Assembly (NCBI GenBank): GCA_004764695.1
Contig: SMSO01000025.1
Location: 5,124,862-5,188,861 of the forward strand
Origin: Schizochytrium sp. TIO01
Lineage: Eukaryota > Protista > Bigyra: Labyrinthulomycetes
Reading direction: 5' to 3'
Length of the DNA stretch: 64,000 nt
The position numbers were made by a program, and so were the translations under genes. The notes beneath the pieces are model-generated. The model saw only the letters and a list, made by a program, of their open reading frames with translations, did not search any database and was not told where the DNA came from. Below are positions 23,631 through 35,771 of this stretch, in pieces. Each line of letters begins with the position of its first letter. Position 1 is the stretch's first letter.

Positions 23631-25560
23631 ATGAGCGACGCAGCGCGCCTTGAAGCGCTCTCGCTAGAGGTTGTGGCTCGAAGCGAGAAGGAGCAAGCTC
23701 GCTTGGCTGCAGCTCTGCGTCGCTTCAAGTTTAACACGGCTGTATTCTCAGTGCTCGTGGTGCTTTGGCTTCTGCGCTCTGCAGACTCACTCGGTGCTCT
23801 GTCCGTGGCCTGTGCAGCACTCGCAGTCGGTGCTTTACTGGTTGGACTGCACGTCCACGAAGCCCGCAGCCTTGCTGCAGCGCGAAAAACTGCCGACAAG
23901 CTCCACTCCCGTGTCAGCAGCGTCGCTCAGCAAGTGGCAGACCTTTTGGAGCGCCGCGAAACTGCACGTAGTCAAAATAATCATCAAAAGCGACATCAAC
24001 AGAAATCCCGAGAGCAAGCTTCAAATACAAATCGCGCCGGCAACGTAGATCTTACGAACGATAACGGAGCTTCAAGGAACGTAGGGGATGAGGCAGAACT
24101 AGAAACTCTTGAAACCCTTAGTCTTCATGGATCTGTAGGCGATGAAACAGCGTCACAGTTTAGCCATGCCTCAAGATCCTCAGCAATGCAGCATCGAAGG
24201 TCGTCCTCGAGATCATCAGCGCAAACAATGACGCCGTCGTCACCAGCACCTACATCGGAGCGGGTTTTCAGTATTAGATCGTTTGGAAATTGGTCTCTGA
24301 GGTCGAGCCGGAGCGGACGCAGCGGATCGAGTGATAATGATGCTAGCTCCACGGATTCTAGGAAGTCCAAACGCCGCACTATTGTGAGTAGGGTCTTCTC
24401 GCGTAGTAAACGCAAGGGCAGCAGAGGCAGTGCGAGCAGAACATCGAGCCTCAATGAAGAAACAAGGATACACGCGAGTGCCAGCGAACCTCGTTTATAT
24501 AACCCGAATGATAGCATGGACGACGAGCAACGTAGTAGACCGCAACCCGTGCACACAACTAAATCTCAAGGAGTATCTCAGCTAGACCTTGAGGATGACG
24601 AAGTTGAGGAAAATAAGTCTTTGTCGCCTCAAAGCATTGAGGATAACTCCAAAAATGAGATTCCAGCGGAATTTAAGATAACCGATGATGTCCAAGTCCC
24701 AATGGATGATATCAATCAACCACCAAGTCGGCATGGCATTGAAGAATTGAAAGCAATGATTTCCGATGTAATGACTCCGGAGGTTGAATACAAATATGGC
24801 GGGCCTATTCGCGCCTATGAACGATATTTGTTGGCTCGTGAATGTAATGTATCATCCGCAGAGAAGATGCTGCGTGACTCTATCAAGTTCCGAAAGGACC
24901 ACGGCCTTGATGATCCAGACAGCGAAGAGACAAAACTACGTATGGATACTTTTAAGAGACTCCGAAGCCTGTGGGTAGGCGAATTCCTTGACGAATCCTC
25001 CTATGACGGATCTCCTATTCAGGTTTTTCGATACAAATCGTTGAAGCCACGCGAACTTATGAAGAGTGTAACTGAGGAAGAGTTTGCCGATTTTTATATT
25101 ACATGGATGGATATGACACTAGATATTCCAGAACCGAGCAAATTCCAAGCAGTTTCAAGCTCTTTGTCAGCGTCGGCAGCAAGAAAAACAAGGGAGCAGT
25201 CCTTCGGCAAGTACTGCACAAGGCAGCAGTAGCAGTTTGAACACAGGGAAACCATATGATTGGAAATCGTTTATTGAAATTCATGACTTGTCTGGTCTTG
25301 GACTTTCCCAGCTCCACATGCCGGGCATTCTTATGCTCACGCGCGTTCTCAAGGTAGGTCAAGGTCATTACCCGGAGAATCTGCGCGTCGCCTATATTGT
25401 CAATGCCCCGTTCTTATTTGCAGGTGCGTGGAAAGTCATTTCCAAGGTTCTTGATCCCGCAACTGTAGAAAAGATTAATGTCTCTGCCAATGTGCCCCGA
25501 GACAAGATCAGCCAGTATATCGACCCTTCGGTTGTAGACAAAATATTTCCGTCAAGCTGA
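23631..25560 (+). CDS. Membrane-anchored Sec14/CRAL-TRIO lipid-binding protein; +1 frameshift between 25123 and 25229
   Basis: Two N-terminal TM helices. CRAL-TRIO-N RYLLARECNVSSAEKMLRDSIKFR. The +1 frame, open from 25123, gives IEIHDLSGLGL...QGHYPENLRVAYIVNAPFLFAGAWKVISKVLDPATVEKINV. Confidence 0.88.
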
Positions 25561-25578
25561 TCATATGCATTTAATTGT

Positions 25579-26919
25579 TCAAGTTTTTGCTTGGTCCAAT
25601 TCCCGCCGAAGCGTTGTATAAACGTTCTCCATTTGCTTTCCACCTTTGTCAAATTCGCAGTGATCAGCTGCCCAGGACCACATGGCATCTTGCTCATTTG
25701 AAGACAAAGTCTCGCTGTCCATTTTTGTTCCAATAAATTCGCCAATTCGTACGAGGTAGCTTACCGTTTTTTTGATAACAGCATTCTTTTCGTTCTTTTT
25801 ACCCTTTGCCCAGTCTTTAACCTTGGGGATTTTCTCTACAATTGTTTTAATTTCTTCCATAACAGAGTCTACATCGAAACCCGCGGCTTTAGCAGGTCCA
25901 GAGCTACTTGAGGACGGAGGAGGGGGAGCTTTGTTCGTCGACGTTACAGAGCCTGCGCCCGTTTTCGTCCTTGCAGGGTTCTGATCTAATGGAGACGATT
26001 GCGATTGTGAAGAAGTTCCATTTTCTGGTGTACTAGGCTCCGGGAGCTTTTGTGTTGTCGGGGCTCCAGAGGTATTGCTTGCATCGCTTGACTTCCGGCC
26101 TCGTTTATGGGCAGATGATGTGTTCGCAGTAGAAGTTCCATTCTTTGCTGGAGGGGATTCAGCATCTGAGTCCATGTGATCCGAGTCATGTGCATCTGCT
26201 GAGTCTGTGGAGAAGATCTTACGCTTCTTAGCTGTTTTCTTCGTATCCGCCTGCGTTTTTTTCCTTGCTTCCTCGGCCTCCTGTTTAAGTTGCACATGAC
26301 GCTTCACCTTCTCCGCAATTTCAGCTTTACTACGAGCTTCATCGCTACGCTTTCGGGCAGCTTCTTCGCGCTCTCGTTTTACTTTATCAGCTTTTGCTTG
26401 CTTTTCCTTTTCCCGAGCTTCTTCTGCAAGTCGCGCTTTCTCCTCTTCCTCAGCGCGCTTTTTACGGCGTGCTTCCTCTTCCTCCTTCAGCTTTGCAGCC
26501 TTTGCTCTTGCCTCCTCTTCTGCCTTTGCCTTGGCCTTGGCCTCTTCTTCCTTCTTAGCCTCTTCTTCCTTCTTAGCCTCTTCGTCTCCAGATCCGATCT
26601 CGATCACAGATTCCACTTCTTCTTCTTCATCATCATCGTCGTCGTCATCGTCACCACCAGAAATAGAGCTATCTTCAGGTATTGCAGCGCCTTTGCCACG
26701 AAATTTTCCAACTAAGCCAGCTCCCTTGCCAGGGAACATGGCAGCGCCTTTGCCACCACCGGTTGCGACACGGCCGCCGCGCTCAGAATCCGAGTCGTCA
26801 GAGTCGTCAGACTTGCTCATAGAAGAGCTCTCAGAGTCTGAGTCAGATTCGGAATGCGCGTTGCTGGTGCGCAAACGATCCATGATTGCAGCACCCTTGC
26901 CACTAAACTGACGGCTCAT
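25579..26919 (-). CDS. Uncharacterised, probably nuclear protein: GKGAA repeats, acidic tract, E/K/A coiled coil, small C-terminal helical domain
   Basis: Uninterrupted 446-aa ORF with ATG start, NLS-like AKKRK and coding-like composition. Confidence 0.75.
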   Translation of the reverse strand: MSRQFSGKGAAIMDRLRTSNAHSESDSDSESSSMSKSDDSDDSDSERGGRVATGGGKGAAMFPGKGAGLVGKFRGKGAAIPEDSSISGGDDDDDDDDEEEEVESVIEIGSGDEEAKKEEEAKKEEEAKAKAKAEEEARAKAAKLKEEEEARRKKRAEEEEKARLAEEAREKEKQAKADKVKREREEAARKRSDEARSKAEIAEKVKRHVQLKQEAEEARKKTQADTKKTAKKRKIFSTDSADAHDSDHMDSDAESPPAKNGTSTANTSSAHKRGRKSSDASNTSGAPTTQKLPEPSTPENGTSSQSQSSPLDQNPARTKTGAGSVTSTNKAPPPPSSSSSGPAKAAGFDVDSVMEEIKTIVEKIPKVKDWAKGKKNEKNAVIKKTVSYLVRIGEFIGTKMDSETLSSNEQDAMWSWAADHCEFDKGGKQMENVYTTLRRELDQAKT

Positions 26920-28491
26920 GGTGTCAAGCTAGAGTTTCACAGAAATCTCTCAAACCCTTTCCAAGGTAAGTTCAAAGTAGGTCTAGGATGAATTTGCACG
27001 TTGTAAGAAGTTTTGCGTCAATTTATAACCCAGCGAGCTCACAAGCTCTGGTCCAAAGTCTCCTTCCAGTAAGCCTCAAGTTTGATTGAGCTCGCCTTCT
27101 CTTGCCAAGAACCAAACTTCGGCTAAAATTAGCACACTCGTATCACACAGCAACCGTTCAAGGCAAATATTTTGCAATATTAATAAACCTCTTTTGAATT
27201 GCTCCAGGTTAGCAAGTACGAAAGGCTTGTATCAAAATTGTTCTGTGGCAATGCTTCTTCCGGATTTTACCACCGACGTCCAAATCCAAGCTGACCAGGG
27301 AGGCCCACTTCGCACGAGTTGAACCGTACTACCGGCACGTGCCGAGCGCCGTCACCAGCGGAGTATGAGCGGTCGAGTGTGAACAAGCAGACGCTGTTGA
27401 TTGCTTGTACTTCTGAAGTTGTGAGTAGAGTTGGTGATATCCACAAGTAGTAGCAGCAGCAGGTTGAACGACTGCTGCGTCTACTTTTGGGGTGGGATGA
27501 ACGACCGACTGCTTAAGAGGGGGAGACAGGCGGCTCGACCTCTGCCGCCGGAGCAGGAGCGGACCTTTTTGCTTCTCTCGCTCACTCGCAGGGTGCCAGG
27601 CCTCGGTTCCCAGCGTCGCGCTCTTGGGCGTCTGCTCGCTGATTAGTTGACCTCGCCACCGCTTCTAACGATGAGGCCGCAGACAGAAGCAAAACTATGC
27701 CGCTATAGAGCCCGCCACCTAAAGTAGACTATTCTCGCTCTACAGTGCACAATCCAAACCTACACTATCGGTTATTCGCCACAAAAGTAGAAGTAAACAG
27801 CGACTAAGCGGAGCTAACCATAGGCTACCATTCGAACTTAAAAGGGAGAATAGTGAAGGGACGATTAGATAAGATACTGTCGAAGAACTCCGTTTCCGCT
27901 ATTTCAGCGCTTCTCTCTTATTGCCTTTTGCAATGAGCTACACTAGAGCCACATAGCCAATCTCTGAATTAATTATTATTACACAACAGGTGTATGCTGC
28001 TACTCATGGCATAATGCGAAGGTCTGGTATTAGTGGCAACTAAAGGTTTAAGGTGTGATGCGTTGTAGAATAAATGATTTCAGAGTACAGGAATGCCAGG
28101 TCGAACGGATTTTTGAGCAAGGCTTTCCTCATTAGCTGGAATAGTAGGAGTAGATGTAGCAGTGCTCTTGAAATGTGGTTGTTCAAAAAGTTGAGTGCGT
28201 GAAATATAATATAACATTCGCAAAGAAGTGCAGAACTTCGAAAGTTCGAATTTTGTTGGAGCTCGAATCGTCAGAGGTAAATTCGATTGCGAGTAAGAAG
28301 CCGAATTCTGCGTTTTGGGTTTCTGTGCAAGCTGACCTTAAAGTAGAATTGGAGTTTGAAGTGGAAATTGAGTTCGAACACCAAATTCAGACTCGACCCC
28401 GTGCCCAGAACCAAAAGCAGCGGCTCCTCTTCGTGGCAGGCCTGCTTGCAGCGCAAGGTCATATGCGGCGCTGGAAGCTGCCCTTGAAGCC

Positions 28492-31400
28492 ATGGATCGA
28501 GCTGAGGAGCTCGAACAAGGCGCGAAAGACGATGTCTTCGAACAGGCGGCGGAACGTCTGAAAGTTGCAACAGAAGCCGTAGCACAAAGCGAGAATCCTG
28601 AAGACTATGGGTTCAGGGTGGCCCGTGATAAAATCGATAAACCAAAGTGGCTTGCGGAGGAAGCACGACAGCTTCTCGACCCGCGAGGATATTTTGCAGA
28701 AAAGGTGCTAGACGTAGACCTTCAGCTTCCACAAAAGAAAGCTCGGAAGAGACCACGGCTCGCAAAGGAAAACTTGTACGAGCTTTTAACAAAACAGACC
28801 AATAAGAAAAGGTTTCCAAAGATCAGGGACGCCACAACGCTGAGTATGGATAACCCAGAGGTTAGCGATGATGACGACCTGCTTTTCCGAGCTCAACGTA
28901 GACCAGGTTCGCGTGAAGAGGTTACTCGAGAAGCAGAAAGTGACTCGCAAGCTAGTCAAACCACAGAGGTACATTCCTCGAGTCCAGTGAAAAGTTTGAG
29001 GGTACACCACAATGGAAAAGCAAACCAAGAAGCTTTGCTTCAACAAAATCCTCCGCGGCGTCTACACCCACTCTTTGAGGAGCTCCTTGCCAAACGGCCT
29101 TGTCAAAACTACACGCATGAGCAAATTGCTCGTCACCAACGTCATAAAGTGTCTCCTAGTCAGAAGAAGACAAAATGCAATTCTGTAAGCCGACTTCTCT
29201 CCGTAGATAAGGAAAAGCTGGACATGGAAATTGTTGAGGAGGCAAATCGTGGCGTTAGCTTTGCTGGAGAGCTCCAGGGGCAACAAGCTCGAATGAACAC
29301 AACTGTCCAACTTGCTGCACAGAAAGTTGAGGCAAGCCTTGAAGCAGGAAAAGAAATGCTTCCGCTTCATTTTCTCATGAAGTATCAATTAGAGTCATAC
29401 TGTCGGGAACGAGGTAGTCGACGCATTGTTGAAATCATGACAAGTATGTGGACTCGTGCTTTGCGTCAAGCCATGACAAGATGGAACGAATATGTGGAAA
29501 GATGCCGGGCTGAGGCCAGCATTGTAGCAGCGATTCGCATTCAGCAGATGTTTCGAGGATTTCTTTGTCGGAAGAATAATGAGCGTGGCCAAAGAATTTA
29601 CAGAAAAACTAAAGCTCTCCGTGAAAAGGAACATGGAGTGCAAAACCTTCTCGATACTCGGTCTAGGGCAGGTCTTCAAATCCAATGTACATGGCGAATG
29701 CATTTAGCCATATTGCAAAGGCGAAGGTTAGAAAGTGATGTTCGTGCTGTGTTGCGGGTGCAAACTCATTGGAGAGGGAAACGTAGCCGCCTTGCTGTCG
29801 CAGTTATGCAAGAACTTCGCGCACGAGATAATCGCTGTGCTGTGAAAATCCAAAGTGCATATCGGGGGATGAAGGGACGACGAGAGGCAAAAAGACGTGC
29901 CAGAGATGTTCAACATGCTCGCCGTGAAGCACAATTAGCCGATATAGGTTTCCTTCGAGCACAACGATTTGCACAGACTGGCGCCGCTGTTACTATTCAA
30001 AAGTGTTGGCGCCGAAGACAGATGCGTCGAGGTATTGTATTTATAGGCCATCGTGTAGCTGTCGAGATGCAGCGGATTGTACGCGGTTTTCTTGGGCGAA
30101 AGCGTGCAAAACGATTTCGGGAACTCTCTGGATATGCAAGATGGGTGCAACGGCATCGCTCCATTCTTGAGGGACCAGCAGTACAGATCCAGGTCATGTA
30201 CAGAGCACGGATTGCTCAACGTGAGCTTAACAATCTCCGCACATCAAAAGATGTAGCAAAACGAAACCGCATTGCAGCGAAGGCCAGTGTTCTTAAGCAA
30301 AGAAATCACCGTCGACGAGTTGGCAAACTTTTCATTTCAAAGGGGACGCGGACACGGGCTGCATGCACTATTCAAAAATTTTGGAGAGGACGTCTTGCGC
30401 GTCGCCTCATTATTCATAAAAGGCGGTATGTTATTCGCGAACGAAAGAATCGAGCAGCGTCTATGCTTCAAAGTCTCTGGAGAATGTACCCTCATCGAAC
30501 CAAATATGTAGCAATATGCCGCGACCGGGCAGCGACACGGATCCAAGCGTTAGCGCGAGGGCATGCAGTTCGCGCATTAGGCCAGGAAAGAAAGACTCGA
30601 AGTGAGGCAGCTGTCCGTCTTGAGAGTTGGTGGCGTATGCTTGCTGCTAAGAAGGAACTCGCAGCAATAAAGAACTTGCATACATCTCAGCTTAAAATAG
30701 CTGGTGTTATACGCTGCTTTGTTGCTCGAACAAATATGAGAATTCGACTGGATGATCAACGTGCGCGACAGGAAGCCGCACTTCGGGGCGCCCTTGAAAC
30801 AAATAAAGGTATTCGAAATGAACAAGGTCGTCTTGCTATAAGTGCGCTGCACTGTAACCCAACACGAACATCGCCTGAGGACTCTGAAACCTTAGCCATT
30901 TTCAGGGAACTAATTGAACCTTCTGGTCCATCAAATTCGAAGGACTCTGCTTCATTATCGTCGTCTAAGACCTCCACCTTATCAAAGAACTCAACGAAGC
31001 AAGATATGTCCTCGATTGGTTCAGCCACTTTTGCAAAGTATTGCCAAAATATTGGTGTGTTATCATCAAACTGCTTGAGCGCAACAGATGTTGATATTCT
31101 TTTTGCGAAGTGCTGTATGGGTAAAAGAAAAATGGACTATCTTGCATTTGTTGATGCACTAGAACTTATCGCAGAAAAGTTATTTCCAGAAGTAACAGTA
31201 TTCCGTGCTCATCGTGACAACGATGCACAAATAGTATGCTTTTTATATGAACATGTACTTGTGAAGAAGTGGAAGAAAGCAATTCAATTTCGAACTGATA
31301 AGCGTGTTCGGAAAGATGGCAATCCGCATTCAGGGCATGTATCGGGCGTGGAAAGGCCGACAGCGTAGGCGGATGGCACGAATTGCTCGAGAATACCAAC

Positions 31401-34198
31401 TTTTGCTTGCAGCACAAACAAAGGCGGCTGCGTGTATTCAATTAGCTTGGCGAATCTATGTGGCTCGCCAGAAGCTCTTTGTAGCAATCCGATCTGCATA
31501 TCGTTGTTTTATTGATACCGAAAATGGTTCGCGGTTCTGGCAAAACCCGAACTCTGGAATGACAACATGGACCAAACCTTCAATTCTGGGAAGTCGTGAT
31601 GTGGATGCCATAATCCACATCCCTCCTGTGCGGCATCAGTTTATTGTCTTATGCGATCGTTGCGGCGAGAAGGCTATTTCTGCACGATGTGAGGATTGCG
31701 AAATTTCATATTGTCAGAGTTGCACGGATCTCGTTCACAAAAAAGGAAAGAGAGCCAAACATGACATTATTCCTGTTGCACGATGTAGCCTCTGCAAATT
31801 CCAGGTGGCTACTAAGATCTGTATGGAGTGTGGTGATGTACCTTTCTGTGATTGTTGTGCTGATTATGCACATCGAGCGGGGAGCAAGTTGCGGCATGAT
31901 CTAGAATGGATAGTTTTAGAAGGCAGTGGAGTTTGCCAGACATGTGGTATACGGGCTGCGCGCTTTGATCAACCGCATCCAATATGCAGCATGTGTTGTG
32001 AACAAGAGCTTGGTATGGATCCAAGTTACCTCGCTCCACGACCCTTCACGACACGTGCGATTGAAGATCATCGTATGGAGCTTCATGAAGCTCGCGTTCG
32101 TGCATATGTACTTGACCAAGCTCAGCAGAAGGAACTAGAGCGACTTGAACGTGAGCGGAATGAAGCAGCTGCAAAAATCCAGTCGTTGGCTCGGATGGTT
32201 TTGACAAAGAAATCTGAAAAGGGAATCCGTGTGAGAGATGCTCTTGTTGCTAGAAAAGAACGCATTACACGGGCTAAGGAGGAGGCCGAGCGAAAGAAAA
32301 TTGTGAATCGCCTCAAGGCAAATTTTGCGCAAGTACAAAATGCAGCAAAAATGTTGCCCGGGCGTCAGGCTGCTAAAGAAGAAACGACCGAAGACAAATC
32401 TTTCCCCGCTCAGAACAGTGATTCTTCAAAACAGACCGTAGTTATTGGTGCATCAGGCGAGAACAAAGCCGGAGACCAGGGAACGGGCGTTGTGGAGAAG
32501 ACTGAAGGAAACGAAGAAAAGGAAGACTCTGATCCCGAAAATACAGATCAGGCAACCCCAGTTCGTGGCCTCTTGAGGCGCAGGAAAAAGAAAAAGGTCA
32601 AAGGAAAACGGAGCAAGTCCTCCAAAAAGGATGCAAAGAATAGATTCTCGGTCAATCTGAAGCTGAAGTCCAAAAAGACGACACCTCTACAAGATTCTGA
32701 TTTTGAGGACCACGATGAACAGCATAAGAACGATTTACAATCAGTTCATCCAGAGAATTCCCCATATTCAGAAGTTCATACTACACAAAATGAGTCTACT
32801 TCATCAGGCAAGATGCAAAAAGATGTAACTAACCAGCAAGATCACATAAAACCACAAGATCTGAGAATCCCAAATGACTCACAAGCACAAGTGAAGTCTG
32901 AAGCAAATGAACCCACCAGCTGCCAATCAAAGGAAAATCTACCATCTGGTAGAAAAAGCAGTGGCACTGCTGACCTATCAATGGCTACTTCTACAAAAAT
33001 CAAAACAATCGTAGAGAATAAAAGTGACTATGGGAAAGAGAGTAACAGCTCATCTCAAGTGTTGGTGCAGGAATCTACTGCTTCTGAAAAGAAGCATGAG
33101 CCAAACGAAGTCAAGTCTCAAGAAGTCGGTACTATTGGAAATTCGAGAGATGGTTCATATGAACAAAAAGAATCCTCGAAGCTAGCTTCGGGGAGCGAAA
33201 AGATAAGAGCTAACCTGCCCATGTCTGATCTAAAGTCCAATTCCAAGCCTAAGCAAGACAATGTCAGTGTAGAGAAAATTAATGATAATACTCAGGAGAC
33301 CAAGGAGCAGACATTGTCATCACAAGATCTACTCACAAAATCAAATACACAGCAGCAGCAACAGCAGCAACAGCAGCTACAGCAGCAACAGCAGCTACAG
33401 CAGCTACAGCAGCAACAGCAGCTACAGCAGCAACAGCAACAACAGCAGCAGCACCAATATGAGCAATATTATGAGCAATACGAGCATCAGCAACAACAAC
33501 CTTATGATCAACAGCAGCAAACCTACGAGCAACAAACCTACGAGCAACAAAACGGATATGAATATTACGGTCAAACAGATCAAAATTATCAAGGGTATGA
33601 TGCAAATACGTATGGCTATGGGGACACAGCTTATCACGGTGATGCAAGTGCAGCTCAATATGGAGAAAATGATGATGATCATTGGGATGAATATTTCGAC
33701 GAAACTCATCAAGCAGCTTACTACTACCACCGTAAGACTGGGGTGTCTGTTTGGAAAGATGATTATCTGGCAGGATATCAACAAACTGCATATGATCACA
33801 CCTATAATCAGCAATATCCTGAAGGGTACGATCAAACAAGTCCAGCTGCGGAGTACGAAGGATATGGCACCGGCGGTTACAGTGTTGCGCCGACTGGCTG
33901 GGACGGAGCTGGATACGAAATGAACTATCTTCTACCGTCTGAGGAGCAGGACGACCAATGGGATGAGTTTTTCGATGAGACTCAACAAGCTGCATATTAT
34001 TATCATCGGAAAACTGGCGTATCCGTATGGAAAGATGACTATATTGCTCAGCAGCAACAAGGGCAACTGCAACAGCACAATGAATATTATCAAGGCGATG
34101 GCACACAACTGCAAAATAATCAGCAAGGGTACCATGAACAAAGTGAATGGAATGGGCAGAGTTATTCTAATGGTTACCCTTATGGAAGTGGCACATAG
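28492..34198 (+). CDS. Giant IQ-repeat / p25-alpha(TPPP) / WW / B-box protein (about 1900 aa); +1 frameshift between 31265 and 31315
   Basis: More than 10 IQ motifs (IQQMFRGFLCR, IQSAYRGMKGRR, IQKFWRGRLARR and others). p25-alpha-like FAKYCQNIGVL...TDVDILFAK...DYLAFVDALELIA. WW at about 31500-31580, two B-boxes (CDRC...HDI; CSLC...HDL), polyQ, and two near-identical C-terminal WW domains (WDEYFDETHQAAYYYHRKTGVSVW). Confidence 0.8.
33350..33453 (+). repeat. CAG/CAA coding repeat (polyQ with Leu interruptions)
   Basis: Array of cagcagcaa/cagcagcta units inside the IQ/WW gene. Confidence 0.9.
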
Positions 34199-34295
34199 GA
34201 AAATCCAGGGATGCTCGAACTTGAGAATGAAGAAAGAGTAAAAGGTTGGTAAAGAGTATAATGTCGTAAGGTTGTGATTAGATGAAAAAAGTAAA

Positions 34296-35138
34296 TTATT
34301 TTGCTGCTGCTTTGTTGTCATCGAGATCGTGGACAATGTCACCTTCGGCCACGGCGCCATCAGTAGGCTTGGGGTCCTCAGGCTTTTTCTCTTCATCACC
34401 GTCGAGCAAGAAGGCCATTTCCTCAATAGTAGGAGGTACACTCTTGTTCTTGTGAGAGGGGGGGGTCGAGTCCTTGAAGGTTTTGCGCATGTCATACGCG
34501 TCCTCACCATCAGCGTAATAGCCTGCCTCGATGTCATTAATCTCGTAACCAAGGGTGTCGTGGTAGAGGTGGAAAGCAGCGTAGTTAGTGCGCCGCACGT
34601 GCAGAGAAACGTACCTAGCTTGGAAGGTCTCCCGCATGTCACGTTGAGAGGCACGCATGAGCTTGGTGGCAAGACCAAGCTTACGGTGGGAGCGCAACAC
34701 CGAGAGAGATGTGATGTGGCCGTGAAGTCCGTTTGACATGTCCTCATCACTGGATCATCGAAAATCAGAAGAGACACGAAAGTAGTACAAGTTAGTTTTT
34801 ACGTCATGATCAAGACAACGAGACCATAAATGAATTCCCATCTAGTATCAGAGCAAGCCTTATTACCTTGTATACCTTACTCTCAACATTATGAATATGG
34901 AGAATGGGAGAAGTGGAGAACGAGTATCATTGATGATTTGTACAGATAGGGCAACTTACATTTTGGCAAGGACATAGCCGACAATCTTGCCGTTATCATC
35001 GGCGACGTAGAGAAGCTGCGGCCAAGAGAGCTCATGGTATACATAATACTTCATCTGGTAGTTCTCTGGGAGGCAGTGCAGGTTGCAGTTTTGCATAGCC
35101 TGCAAGTCCTCAATAGTGGCGCGACGGATGTTCACCAT
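34296..35138 (-). CDS. NAA10: NatA catalytic subunit Ard1/Naa10, two exons (35138-34960, 34749-34296)
   Basis: [57 protein letters not shown] and [12 protein letters not shown] phase-2 intron GTAAGT...CCAG (34959-34750) gives [14 protein letters not shown]. Confidence 0.96.
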
Positions 35139-35771
35139 TTTGCCTAGCTGCTTTGATTGATCTCCTGTTCCTCTCTGTTCAAAGGTGTCACGGACTAAGA
35201 GGTTTCCACAATCTTAGACTAGATTAGTGGTTTTGAGGCGACTACTTGCCGCCGGCGTAGTACTGGCGCACGGCTACCTGTCCTAAAGCAAGTGAGCGAA
35301 AGAGTTTGTTCATCTCAACCAAGAAGCTGCTTACTTTCTTCCTTGCCATTTTGACTTAGCAAAGTGCTAATACATCTCAGGAAGTTTGCTCTTACGATAA
35401 ACTATAGCACTGTACGGACGCGACTAGCAGGAGCCTCACATTTGGGCGATTGAAGAGAGGCATGAAGAGCTTGACAGAATATCTCAATACATGGTTGTTC
35501 TTCTTGTCGGCTACAAAAAATAGCTTCAAACAATTTTCAAGGGGTAGAGTGGAGGAAACAGGTATCGTGTCACGTTGGAGATTTCAAATTTGTCATTGAA
35601 CGCGCACAAAGAATTGACCAGTATGTCATTCTAAAATTAAGTTTGTCAAATTTAACCGAAGAACAAAACGGAAGCAACCAAGGTTATAGAAAAAAGGAAT
35701 CAAGAGCAAATAAATTGTCGACTCAATCGAAATTGTGTACAAAGAATAATCATGCAATGCTATCAACAACG

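Noticed and set aside
3336-31315. Euplotes-type stop-directed frameshifting or tiny introns as the cause of the split ORFs
   Set aside because: There is no stop codon at the inferred shift points. Where the junction can be aligned (hydrolase, KNL1 repeat) the difference is a single base with no GT-AG pair.
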